51,744 nucleotides of DNA from Macrostomum lignano (taxonomy: Eukaryota): the NCBI GenBank assembly GCA_002269645.1, contig NIVC01000802.1:1-51744 (forward strand), read 5' to 3'. The translations under genes and the position numbers were made by a program. The notes below the pieces were generated by a model. It made no database searches. It saw only the letters and a program-made list of their open reading frames with translations, and was not told the origin of the DNA. Below, piece after piece: positions 11,349-22,189 of the stretch. Positions within the stretch are counted from its first letter, which is position 1. Every line of letters begins with the position of its first letter.

Positions 11349-12704
11349 TTGCTGTTCCGCCCGAACTTCACCCAGTACTCGGGCTACCTGACCTCCAGCA
11401 GCGGCAGCGGCGGCAGCCGGCGCCTCTTCTACTGGCTGGTCGAGAGCTCCCACGTGGACGCCTCGACGGCTCCTCTCGTGCTGTGGATGAACGGCTCCTC
11501 GGTCGGCGGCCTGCTCATGACGAACGGGCCGTTCCTGGCGAACGACCGCGCCGAGCTGGAGCGCAACGACTTCGCGTGGAACCGGCTGGCCAACGTGCTG
11601 TACATCGACTCGCCCAGCGGTGTCGGCCTGAGCGAGCCCGGACCCACCGACCCGACCGAGCTCAACGATAACGCGACCACGCGGCTGAACCTGGGAGCGC
11701 TGCTCCACTTCTACAGCCTGTTCCCCGAGTACCGAGGCCGGGCCTTCTACATCGCGGGAGAGAGCTACGCGGGATCTACATCCCGCTGCTGGCCAGCGCC
11801 ATCATCGACGGCGGGCACCGTCCCGGCCTCATCAACCTGAAGGGCATCGCCGTGGGCAACGGCCTGCACATGCCGTACAATGACTCGGTCTTTGAATCGC
11901 ACCGCAGAGCCCTGACGGACGCAATGGGCATCAGCTACTCGTACAGAGGGTCCAGTGTCATGAAGACGGTATCAAAGTTTCTATCATCTGTTCAAATTTG
12001 TTTGCATGCTTCAGAACAAACAGCGCACCATGCCGCAATATACATGTATTCTCCTGAAGGACTCCCGCCGAGTGAACCCGTACAACATCGCCCAGCGGTG
12101 CTACAGCGACGGGCAGCTGGACAACTATCTCTACCTAAACTCCACGGGTCTCACGAGCTTCTTGAACGACGCTGACGCTCGAGTAGCTCTTGGCGTCAAC
12201 GAAAATTTTGCTGTGAATTTTACCATCTGCAACGACACATTGTTTAGTGAGTATATCCAGTCTGTGCGAGACGTCCTGGGTGAGTTTCAGAGCCTAGCGA
12301 ATCACAACGTGCCGGTGCTGTTGTACACCGGAGTCCTGGACTACATGCTGCCCGTGGGGTTGACGCTGCAGCTGCTGGAGCGGCTGCCCCCGGACCCAGT
12401 CAGCCGTCAGGACCCCTGGTTCTGGTGTCTGAGAAAGCCGGGCTACGGACTGCAGATCGGAGGCATCCAGAGGTCCTACCTGGGTGGCCGAATCAGGTAC
12501 CGGACGATGATTGGCACCGGACACTTCGTGGCGACGGACCGGCCGGAGATCGGGCTGCAGCTGGTGCAGGACCTGCTGACTGCGGGACTTGGGCACTCGA
12601 CAACTGAGAGCTGCATTGCCACCGCTGCTTCAGTTGACTGGGACTCAAATTTGGGTTGGCGATTTGCCGGGTTAAATTTTTACGATTGTTCTGCTGCCTG
12701 TTAG
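11349..12704 (+). pseudogene. Serine carboxypeptidase (peptidase S10, cathepsin A/CPVL-like), frameshifted
   Basis: Motifs PNFTQYSGYL, PLVLWMNG, FAWNRLANVLYIDSPSGVGLS, GESYAG (Ser), GVLDYM (Asp) and GTGHFV (His). A 1-nt deletion at 11771-11773 interrupts GESYAG-IYIPLLASAI...INLKGIAVGNG. A 46-bp intron at 11969-12014 is phase 0. The true 5' end was not located, and the gene could be intact if the indel is an assembly error. Confidence 0.8.
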
Positions 12705-13299
12705 TTTTAAATTAGGGAGAGCCTTAAAATTACACGTACGAAAAAGTTGTTGTCAAGCCTCGTAAACCGCGTTTACTGCGCTCAATTCAGTCGAAACCAA
12801 TACTTGATTCTGTCAGTAGCTTTTTTTGTAAGAAACGATTACTGTACTGTCATTTTGACCCACGGAAGTGGCGAAAAGTTTTGCTGCAAAAATGTAAATT
12901 GCATCTGCGGCCATCACAGGTTTCTACGAATCCGAGGCTCATCAAACGCTTTGTAGCAGGATGCAACGGCAGATTGCGAGCTCATCGTGTGTTCAAAAGT
13001 ATTTCAGCTGATGCGGAACCGTTCAATCCTGGACTTGGCTTTTGATTTCCAATTGGGATCTGGATGCTGAGTGATAAAAACACCAGGATGAATCTGGGGG
13101 CCAGAGGGATCGGGAGAAGTACCCAGCCAATCCCACGGGTGCCCTGGGGAGTTTTCGGATTCCCAGGCACATCTATGAATATCTAAACAGAACACTTTTG
13201 CTGACAGCTCCTTGCCAAGCCAAACCGAGCTCTGTCCCGCTGGCTGCACTTCTTCAGGCAGAAACCGAATACACCAAGGGCTGAAGAGACGACTAGGAA

Positions 13300-15783
13300 A
13301 TGTCGGCCGGGAAGGCCATGGCGGCGGCCATCGCTGACAGCAGCGCGCACGGCATCAGCCGGGCTGTGGGCGCCCGCTCGACGACTTTGAAGGTGATGTG
13401 GACAGTCCTGTTCCTGCTGTTCCTCGCCCTGTGCTGCAAGAGCGCCTCCACGCTCATCAGCAGGCTCATCAACATCACCGTGGTGCGGACTTACGAGTCT
13501 GACAAGGTGCCGTTCGAGTTTCCGGACATCTACTTCTGCCCGAGCCTCATCTACTCTGGCAGCATACCCTACACTCTCAAGGAGGCCGAGGCCAAGGTGG
13601 TTAATGATGAAGTTGAGAGGCTGAGCCGGCTATATGACAGGCTGTACTGCAGCAAGAGCGCGGAATTCTGCACCCACGGAGAGAAGGCCACATTTCGCCG
13701 GGTGTCCCGGATCCAGCTGTCCATGCCGGTGCACATCCTCAACCGCTACCTGCTGCAGCAGGAGAACCAGTCCTTCCTCACCTGGCCCTACGTTCGCTAC
13801 CAGTCTTACAGCACCAGCAGCAGGTACGCCGCCAGGACTGTCTTCATCCACCCCGACAACCGGATCTGCTACAAGATCTCGGTGTCCGCGGAGAGCCTGG
13901 AGAGCCTCAGCTACAAGCGATCCGTCCTGCTCTCCTGGCTTCTTGTCGATCCGCACTATTCCGATTTCACCTTCACCGGAGTGGAGGTAAAGCCCATTGT
14001 GAACCGGTTCCTCAACAAGAGCGTCCCGTTCCAGAACTGGCAGTCCATAGACGGCTACCACAGCATCACCAGCCTGGGTTACACCCTGCAGGTGGTGCCC
14101 AGAGGCACTTATCCATCTCTGATGCACGAAGCCAAGCTGGGCCTGGCCGCCGGCAGGTCCTACCACGTCTCCATCGACATGGAGGAGACAGTCCACAGCC
14201 ACGAGCTCAACGGCAAGTACTGCAACCCCAAGCAGGAAGTTGCTATCTTTCAGAACCAGCTAACCGGCGAAAGGCAGGAGTTCAAGAGCAGCCCAGCGTC
14301 TTGCTTCTACACTCAGATGAACCTCCTGCTGCAGAAGGAGTTCCAATTTGTGTTCTCTCTGTACCCGAAGCCGTGGAGCCAGAGAGACGTGCCCAGGTTT
14401 GAGAACATGACGGAGATCGAGATGACGAAGGCCGCCATCGAGAATGTCTCCCTGTACGACGTGAGGAAGTTCATCGACATCCACACTCAGCACATCACCG
14501 ACTATTGCAAGAAGGAACAGCCGTGTGAGTTCACTGAGTACAGCGCGACCTCGACGTCTGTGAAGTGGCCACGGGCGAGCAGAGCTCTGGCCGACTTCCT
14601 TGTCAACGAATACCCCGACTGGTACACCGACATGGGCCGGCCCGCCACCCGCAGGCTGGTGGATCTGTCGAGGCAAATCCAGTCCGGTGAGTTGTGCTCA
14701 TGCTCTAGACTGAGGCAAATCCAGTTCGGTGAGTTGTTCTCATGCTCTAGACTAAGGCAAATCCAGTCCGGTGAGTTGTTCTCATGCTCTAGACTGAGGC
14801 AAATCCAGTCTGGTGAGTTGTGCTCATGCTATAGATTGAGGCAAATCCAGTCCGGTGAGTTGTGCTCATGCTCTAGACTGAGGCAAATCCAGTCCGGTGA
14901 GTTGTTCTCATGCTCTAGACTGAGGCAAATCCAGTTCGGTAAGTTGTTCTCATGCTCTAGACTGAGGCAAATCCAGTTCGGTGAGTTGTTCTCATGCTCT
15001 AGACTGAGGCAAATCCAGTTCGGTGAGTTGTGCTCATGCTCTAGACTGAGGCAAATCCAGTTCGGTGAGTTGTTCTCATGCTCTAGACTGAGGCAAATCC
15101 AGTTCGGTGAGTTGTTCTCATGCTCTAGACTGAGGCAAATCCAGTTCGGTGAGTTGTGCTCATGCTCTAGACTGAGGCAAATCCAGTTCGGTGAGTTGTT
15201 CTCATGCTCTAGACTGAGGCAAATCCAGTTCGGTGAGTTGTTCTCATGCTCTAGACTGAGGCAAATCCAGTTCGGTGAGTTGTTCTCATGCTCTAGACTG
15301 AGGCAAATCAAGACTACCATCAAGGCATCTCTAGGCTCCTGAATCTCTCAGATTGAGTCAGTTTCGTCAGCTTAAGAGCACAACTCAGAGAGTAGGTTCA
15401 CCCTGAGCAGCCGTTGCTTTGCTTTAACCGCAGATAATCACTCCAGCCACACCGAGTCAATGTTCCGGCACTACGTCACCGAGGCCATGATCGAGGTGTA
15501 CATCTCCGTGAAGAGCCATCGGTCATCGAGGATTGTCATCGCCTACTCCTACTCGTGGGTGGCCTTCCTGGCTGACATCGGCGGCCTCCTTGGCCTGTAC
15601 ATCGGCTGCAGCCTGCTGACCCTGTGCGAGCTGCTGGAGCTGGCCTACCACCTGGTGAACGGCGCGGTGGCAGCGCGAAGGACCGCCAAAAGCCGGAGAT
15701 GCAACTCTGTGGAGATCCCGGAGGGCCGGCAGCGGCAGGCGGAAAGCGCGGCCCCGGATGTGGGAGCGGCTGAACGCGTTTGA
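13300..15783 (+). CDS. DEG/ENaC (amiloride-sensitive sodium channel family) subunit, 2 exons
   Basis: Exon 1 (13300..14686) has the pre-TM1 HG motif (SSAHGI), TM1 VMWTVLFLLFLALCC and FPDIYFCP. Intron 14687..15433 is GTGAGT...ccgcag, phase 1. Exon 2 (15434..15783) has TM2 FLADIGGLLGLYIGCSLLTLCELLE with the GxS filter. Confidence 0.9.
14670..15309. repeat. 42-bp tandem array spanning the DEG/ENaC exon-intron junction
   Basis: Unit GAGGCAAATCCAGT(C/T)CG|GTGAGTTGT(G/T)CTCATGCTCTAGACT, 15 full copies plus one partial. Confidence 0.95.
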
Positions 15784-16225
15784 TGAGGCCGCATCGATTC
15801 AATGACAGCTTCTAATGAGTAAAACAGTTCTCATTTCATGCTGGAAAATTTTAGTTAATCAGTAGCAAACAGACTGCTTAGTGGTCCTTGACTGCATGGC
15901 ATATCCGATCTCAGAGTATTACACAACCTACGTGATTCTCGCTTTTTAAATCAGCTCTCATGCTACGAGCAAGATTATCTCCCTAATCCTGAGCACGTGA
16001 TCTCCGCTGCCGGAGACAGAGTGCTCGGAGTCTCCAAAAAATCGCTTTACTGAAACCTCAGCTCTCAGAGTTCCCGGAGGTATGCAGATTTAATCTCGCA
16101 TAGGATTCCCTCATCTCGGTGTGCTGCTGCTTGCATTAATTAATAAAGACATTGTCAAGCATCGCACACTCGGCAGACTTCTCTTGGAGCTCTATTTTTC
16201 CTGCTCAAACACTGGCTGTTGCGAC

Positions 16226-16357
16226 AGAGGGACAGGCAGACAGACAGACAGACAGGCAGACAGACAGACAGACAGACGAACACCAAGACAGCCAGACAGA
16301 CACTAAGACAGGCAGACAAACAGACAGACAAACACCAAGACAGCCAGACAGACACTA

Positions 16358-16392
<35 letters not shown>

Positions 16393-16445
16393 CACCAAGA
16401 CAGGCAGACAGACATACAGACACTAAGACAGACAGACAGACACTA

Positions 16446-16511
<66 letters not shown>

Positions 16512-16513
16512 GC

Positions 16514-16571
<58 letters not shown>

Positions 16572-16573
16572 GC

Positions 16574-16638
<65 letters not shown>

Positions 16639-16641
16639 GCC

Positions 16642-16697
<56 letters not shown>
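16226..16697. repeat. (AGAC)n microsatellite
   Basis: Long AGAC tetranucleotide run with interruptions. Confidence 0.97.
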
Positions 16698-16700
<3 letters not shown>

Positions 16701-17549
16701 TTTGCCATACGCAAACTGAGTTATTAAAAGTACAAATTGTTCGATCTTGCGCGATTGCACTCCGGCACTCATCTGCAGACTAAATAAACAAGAAGGCCTT
16801 GCAACATCAACAGGTAGGCAACAGCAGCGAGGATCAGCAACTTTTCTGTGCTACAGAAAAAACAATTTTATACAGAGTTGATGCAGCTTTCGGCTTTAAT
16901 TATTAGAATTTATTCAACTCGCCAAGGACAGCTAAAGTACAACGCCACGCTGCGTTTCGCTGGAGGCCGGGTTTTGAATGCAAAATACATTAGCGAGATC
17001 GCACTAAATCCCTTTATACGAGTATCTACCTTTTGCATTTCAAAATCGCAAACGAGGCAAGCGCGAGTTCCGTCTAAGCTGCAGTCGCAATTCATTCTTT
17101 TCCTGAAACGCTATATACTACTGGACACGGGCATGCAAGCAAAGTCACAGCGAAATTTCTGCTGCTCCTGTCTCTTCAGTGTATTTTCTAGTGCGGATTT
17201 CCTCGACCGATTTTGTCTATGGCAAAACCCCACCCGGCGCCGTGAATCGAAGCAATGGTAGATTGTATAGTATGCAACTGAGTTGAATAATGGCCAAAAC
17301 TCGAGTGCGCGTAGCGCACGAGTGTCTATGGCCATTATTCAACGAAGTTGCATACTATACAAGTGCATTGTATTTATACTTTCACTCAGCGCTCAGTCAT
17401 TATTCCACACTTTTGCGGCCATTATTCCACACTTTTGTCGCTGTCATTATTCCACACTTTTTATCATGCTTCAATTGGCTGTTTTAAGAGTTGTTTTACC
17501 CATAGACGACTGAGTTGTGTGGCTTAGTTTGACCATAGACAACACTGTG

Positions 17550-18070
17550 ATGAGTGCTGATTTTGCTTGCGTCTTGCAAGAAATCAGGAAAGCGAGTAGT
17601 GCGAGAAAAAGCTATTTGTCTTGTCAAACAACCATGGCTGGTGCATCTCGTCAAACAGCCGCGCTTATTAATTGAAAAAATCTTCCTGTCGACGACTGAA
17701 CGAACCGTGCGGCGCTACCTAGGAAGAAAACGCGACCATGCAGTCATCAACGCCTCGACGGCTATAAGCGATGTCTCAAAGCGGCCAATCGATTCAGTCG
17801 AGCAGCCGACAGTCCCAAAGAATCCCAGCTTGGATACTGCGGTACCAAAGAAGCTCATCAGACGAAGCTCATCAGTCGCATGCCAACTAAACCAAGTCGT
17901 GCATCTTTCAAATGGTAAGTTCGGCACCTGTATTTCTCTTTCATAGAAAACATTCAACATAGACCAACTCCTTTTGCAGTGCCAAATCATCAGGCTAGAG
18001 TGTCGAGCATCTTTGGAAACTGCGGCTTTGAGAACTGTGTATGTTTCACTTTGGGTGACAAATTGATTTT
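17550..18070 (+). mobile_element. Degenerate tyrosine-recombinase (Crypton-like) C-terminal fragment
   Basis: The frame from 17550 reads SSARKSYLS...AGASRQTAALIN*, resembling the HSxR...AG...I..GH box. After a frameshift comes TERTVRRY (putative catalytic Tyr). A 65-bp phase-1 intron (17915-17979) then leads to SIFGNCGFENCVCF. Motif recognition is by eye only. Confidence 0.5.
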
Positions 18071-18321
18071 TACATTGTCAAATTTTGACTATAAACTGAT
18101 AAACTGCACTAGCTGTGACATTTATTATGAACTCTTTTCGTGTAGCTGGTACTTTAGTTTTAATGATTTTCCTTTTTGTTCATTTACTTCTTGTTGTTCT
18201 GTATTTATTAACAAAAATACTGAGCGATGGATTTTTTCAATCCAAATGTCTATGGTACACATCAAAACTGTGGAATAATGGCCAAAATATTTTTTCATTG
18301 CATCTGGGTAAAAGTATAATT

Positions 18322-19019
18322 CAAGGACGACTTAAGTAGAAGGACGGGAAACCTCGTTTCTTAGAAAATTTTTGAAGGCACTTTTTCCCGAAAAAATACA
18401 CTACGGAGATAGGAAATTTTCATTTTTTCAGCACAAAAATTGCTATTACTTTTGATAGGAGGCAGATCCAGTGCTCATCTTTTGATATGTTGTGCCTTTT
18501 TTATTGCTCTATCGATATTTATAAAGCTTTTCGTTCAGAAAATTAGGATTCTATGTCAATTTTTTATTCTACGTACATTTCCTGTATCTGAAAATCACAA
18601 AAATGCATGACACAGCTCCAATATTTGCTTTTATGAATCTATTTTATCATCTCTGTTACGAATATTTGCTAAACAGTCAGTTAAGAATGATAAAATAGAC
18701 TTCTAAAACCAAAGAGCCGAGCCGTGGCATTCTAATGTATTTCAATCACAAGACACGTGAAAATATACGGAGAATAAAAACTTTACATAGAATCCTAATT
18801 TTCTGAACGAAAAGCTTTATAAATATCGATAGAGCAATAAAAAAGGCACAACATATCAAAAGATGAGCACTGGATCTGCCTCCTATCAAAAGTAATAGCA
18901 ATTTTTGTGCTGAAAAAATGAAAATTTCCTATCTCCGTAGTGTATTTTTTCGGGAAAAAGTGCCTTCAAAACTTTTCTAAGAAACGAGGTTTCCCGTCCT
19001 TCTACTTAAGTCGTCCTTG
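18322..19019. mobile_element. Non-autonomous foldback/MITE DNA transposon with ~250-bp TIRs and 8-bp TSD
   Basis: Starts CAAGGACGACTTAAGTAGAAGG and ends in its exact reverse complement. TSD GTATAATT at 18314-18321 and 19020-19027. CA...TG ends with an 8-bp TSD fit P-element or hAT-type superfamilies. Confidence 0.9.
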
Positions 19020-19203
19020 GTATAATTACAATGCTTTTATTAAACCATTTCTCGACAAAACTCTCGAAGTTCCAGGAGAACTTTAAGAAGAAATTCATCA
19101 AGTGGGATGTTGGGAATTCAGTGCTTAAGAAACTGGTCTCCGCAATGCAGACAGTACAAAAACTTCTAGGAAAGTAGAAGTTCAATTAGACTCAATAGGT
19201 GGC

Positions 19204-19695
19204 TCAGTCAGGCAGGCCGAACCGCTTGAGCTTCTCCAACTCGCGATCAACTTCGATCTCCCAGTCTTCCTTCACCACCGGCAGCGGCACCACCGGAACC
19301 CTGCTGACCGCAGGTGGCGCCACTACCGGAGCTGCAGGTGGCGCCAGTACCGGAGCTGCATGTGGCGCCACTACCGGAGCCACAGGTGGCGCCTCGGCCT
19401 GAACAGATTGAGCTGCAGGTGATACGGCAGGTTTCGCCGCATCATTCGAATTCCTTAGTGACGCCGACTCTTTGTCCGGCTTTGAAGCGGCGCTCCGATC
19501 AGCTGCAGCCTGCAGTTTGCCGCTATTTGCCTCTGGCTGCTTCCTCGACGCTTCTTTTGGAGCCGCGCTGGCCGCAGACTTTGCCGCCGCAGCCGCCTTC
19601 CTGCGCCTCTCGTCGTCCAAAATTCTGGCCAGCACGTCCAGCATCTTGCCGTTGCCCTTGGCTGGCGGAGGCGCCGCCTTCTGATGCCGCGACAT
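19204..19695 (-). CDS. Hypothetical Ala/Pro/Lys-rich protein (163 aa from ATG 19695)
   Basis: GC-rich open frame with an acceptor-like atcgcag just upstream of the ATG and C-terminus EDWEIEVDRELEKLKRFGLPD. No domain recognised. Confidence 0.5.
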   Translation of the reverse strand: MSRHQKAAPPPAKGNGKMLDVLARILDDERRRKAAAAAKSAASAAPKEASRKQPEANSGKLQAAADRSAASKPDKESASLRNSNDAAKPAVSPAAQSVQAEAPPVAPVVAPHAAPVLAPPAAPVVAPPAVSRVPVVPLPVVKEDWEIEVDRELEKLKRFGLPD

Positions 19696-19983
19696 GCCAG
19701 AAGCTGCGATTCCAGTGTTAGAAATCCGCGGTTCAAAAGGCAGTTGCGGAGGGAATTTGCTGGGAATGTACTGTCGGCTGCTGCTCAAGCTTGAGTCAGA
19801 AAAGCATGCCAGAGTGGCACTAGTGTAGTGTATATAGCTGACATGCGGGCCGCACAATGCAGGGGTGAGTGCATTTCGGAATACTAATGATTAAAAACAA
19901 GCAGCAGAGCCGCGCGAGGCAGATGAGAATCGACTTGCTTCGCTAATCAGAATCCCGGCTGCTTTCATGGCAGTGAATGAATT

Positions 19984-20370
19984 AGTGAGTGAGTGGGCTA
20001 GTGTGTGAGTGAGTGAGCGAGTGAGTAATTGTGTGTGAGTGAGTGGGTGAGTGAATGAATGAGTGAGCGTGAGTGAGTGAGCGAGTGGGTGAGTGAATGA
20101 ATGAGTGAGCGTGAGTGAGCGAGTGGGTGAGTGAATGAATGAGTGAGCGTGAGTGAGCGAGTTGGTGAGTGAATGAATGAGTGAGCGTGAGTGAGCGAGT
20201 GGGTGAGTGAATGAATGAGTGAGCGTGAGTGAGCGAGTTGGTGAGTGAATGAATGAGTGAGCGTGAGTGAGTGAGCGAGTGGGTGAGTGAATTAATGAGT
20301 GAGCGTGAGTGAGCGAGTTGGTGAGTGAATGAATGAGTGAGCGTGAGTGAGTGAGCGAGTGCGTGAGTGA
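19984..20370. repeat. (GAGT)n/(GAAT)n compound microsatellite
   Basis: Visible tetranucleotide run. Confidence 0.95.
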
Positions 20371-20707
20371 ATGGGTGGATGCTTTGAGCGAATAGACAGG
20401 CGCAAAGCAAATAAGCGAGGACTAAAGGAGCCTCCCGCACAGCATGGGCAGCAGAAAGTTGATCCCCGCAACAAAGACCTGGCAGGGGGAACTGCGGAGC
20501 GGACAAGACGGCAGTCAAGTTAACAATATCATCAGCAATATGTATTTCTAGTATTTGGTGACTTGCGCGACCAAGCTACGAAAAACAGCAGGTGGATTAA
20601 AAAGCAGAGCTGTGAGACAAGCGGGAGGCGGAAGCAGGGCCTGCTAAAAATCGGAGAACAATGCGGATAAACGCTGCGTTGGGGCCTTCGAGTAAGACTA
20701 GGTAAGC

Positions 20708-21658
20708 TGGTAGCTTCTGGTAACTTACTAGTAAACTGGTCGCTTGAAGTAACTAGTAAACTGGTAGCTTTGGGTAACTAGTAAACTGGTAGCTTTGGGT
20801 AACTAGTAAACTGGTGGCTTTGAGTAACTAGTAAACTGGTGGCTTTGAGTAACTAGTAAACTGGTGGCTTTGAGTAACTAGTAATCTATTAGCTTTGAGT
20901 AACTAGTAAACTATTAGCTTTGAGTAACTAGTAAACTATTAATCTAAAGTTAACTAGTTAGTAATCTATTAGCTTTGAGTAACTAGTAAACTGGTAGCTT
21001 TGAGTAACTAGTAAACTGGTAGCTTTGGGTAACTAGTAATCTATTAGCTTTGAGTAACTAGTAATCTATTAGCTTTGAGTAACTAGTAATCTATTAGCTT
21101 TGAGTAACTAGTAATCTATTAGCTTTGAGTAACTAGTAAACTATTAGCTTTGAGTAACTAGTAAACTATTAGCTTTGAGTAACTAGTAAACTATTAGCTT
21201 TGAGTAACTAGTAAACTGGTAGCGGTAGCTTTGAGTAACTAGTAAACTATTAGCTTTGAGTAACTAGTAAACTATTAGCTTTGAGTAACTAGTAAACTAT
21301 TAGCTTTGAGTAACTATTAAACTGGTAGCTTTGAGTAACTAGTAATCTATTAGCTTTGAGTAACTAGTAAACTATTAGCTTTGAGTAACTAGTAAACTAT
21401 CAGCTTGGAGTAACTAGTAATCTATTAGCTTTGAGTAACTAGTAATCTATTAGCTTTGAGTAACTAGTAATCTATTAGCTTTGAGTAACTAGTACACTAT
21501 TAGCTTTGAGTAACTAGTAAACTATCAGCTTGGAGTAACTAGTAAACTATTAGCTTTGAGTAACTAGTAAACTGGTAGCGGTAGCTTTGAGTAACTAGTA
21601 AACCGGTAGCGGTAGCTTTGAGTAACTAGTAAACTATTAGCTTGGAGTAACAAGTAAA
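20708..21658. repeat. Minisatellite, 25-bp unit TAGCTTTGAGTAACTAGTAAACTAT
   Basis: Over 30 tandem copies with variant subtypes (CTGG vs CTAT). Confidence 0.95.
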
Positions 21659-22189
21659 CTGGCATCAGCCAAGCCGCCAGCTGCCAATAAATCATAGCGT
21701 GGCAGAGACGCGGACAAAACCAAGACAGCAAGCACTGAGAAACCCGGGCTAGCCGGATAGAAGCGAAATTCAATGCAATCGGAAAAAAACAAAAAGAAAA
21801 TTTAAAAGCAAATTCGCGGGTTCGAGCCCGTCAGTCTCAACTACTGCTAATATACTACTAATAAACAGCATAAACTACCAAAACTAATAAGGTAACACAA
21901 CGGAAACGCGGTAGGAGGTCGCGCTACAGAAAAGCTGCGCGAATAAAAATGATCGCAAAGTATTCCACTGCCCATCAGAAAGTTTATCAATGTACATTAT
22001 GAGATTAATATAATTAACATTTGCCAAACCCGCCCAGTCTGAAACTTGTCAAAAATGCCAACATATGCAGGTCATGTTATATGTACAACTCATTGCTGAT
22101 CAAGCAGGCTCTCAGGGAATGAGAATGTCATGTTGGGGAAGTCAGTGATTCGATGTTGGGGGGATGAGAGCAGGTCCCGGACAGGCCGG

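Noticed and set aside
13300-15342. 680-aa single-exon ORF taken as the real protein
   Set aside because: Its last ~220 aa are read-through of the intronic 42-bp array, and TM2 is in the downstream exon 15434-15783.
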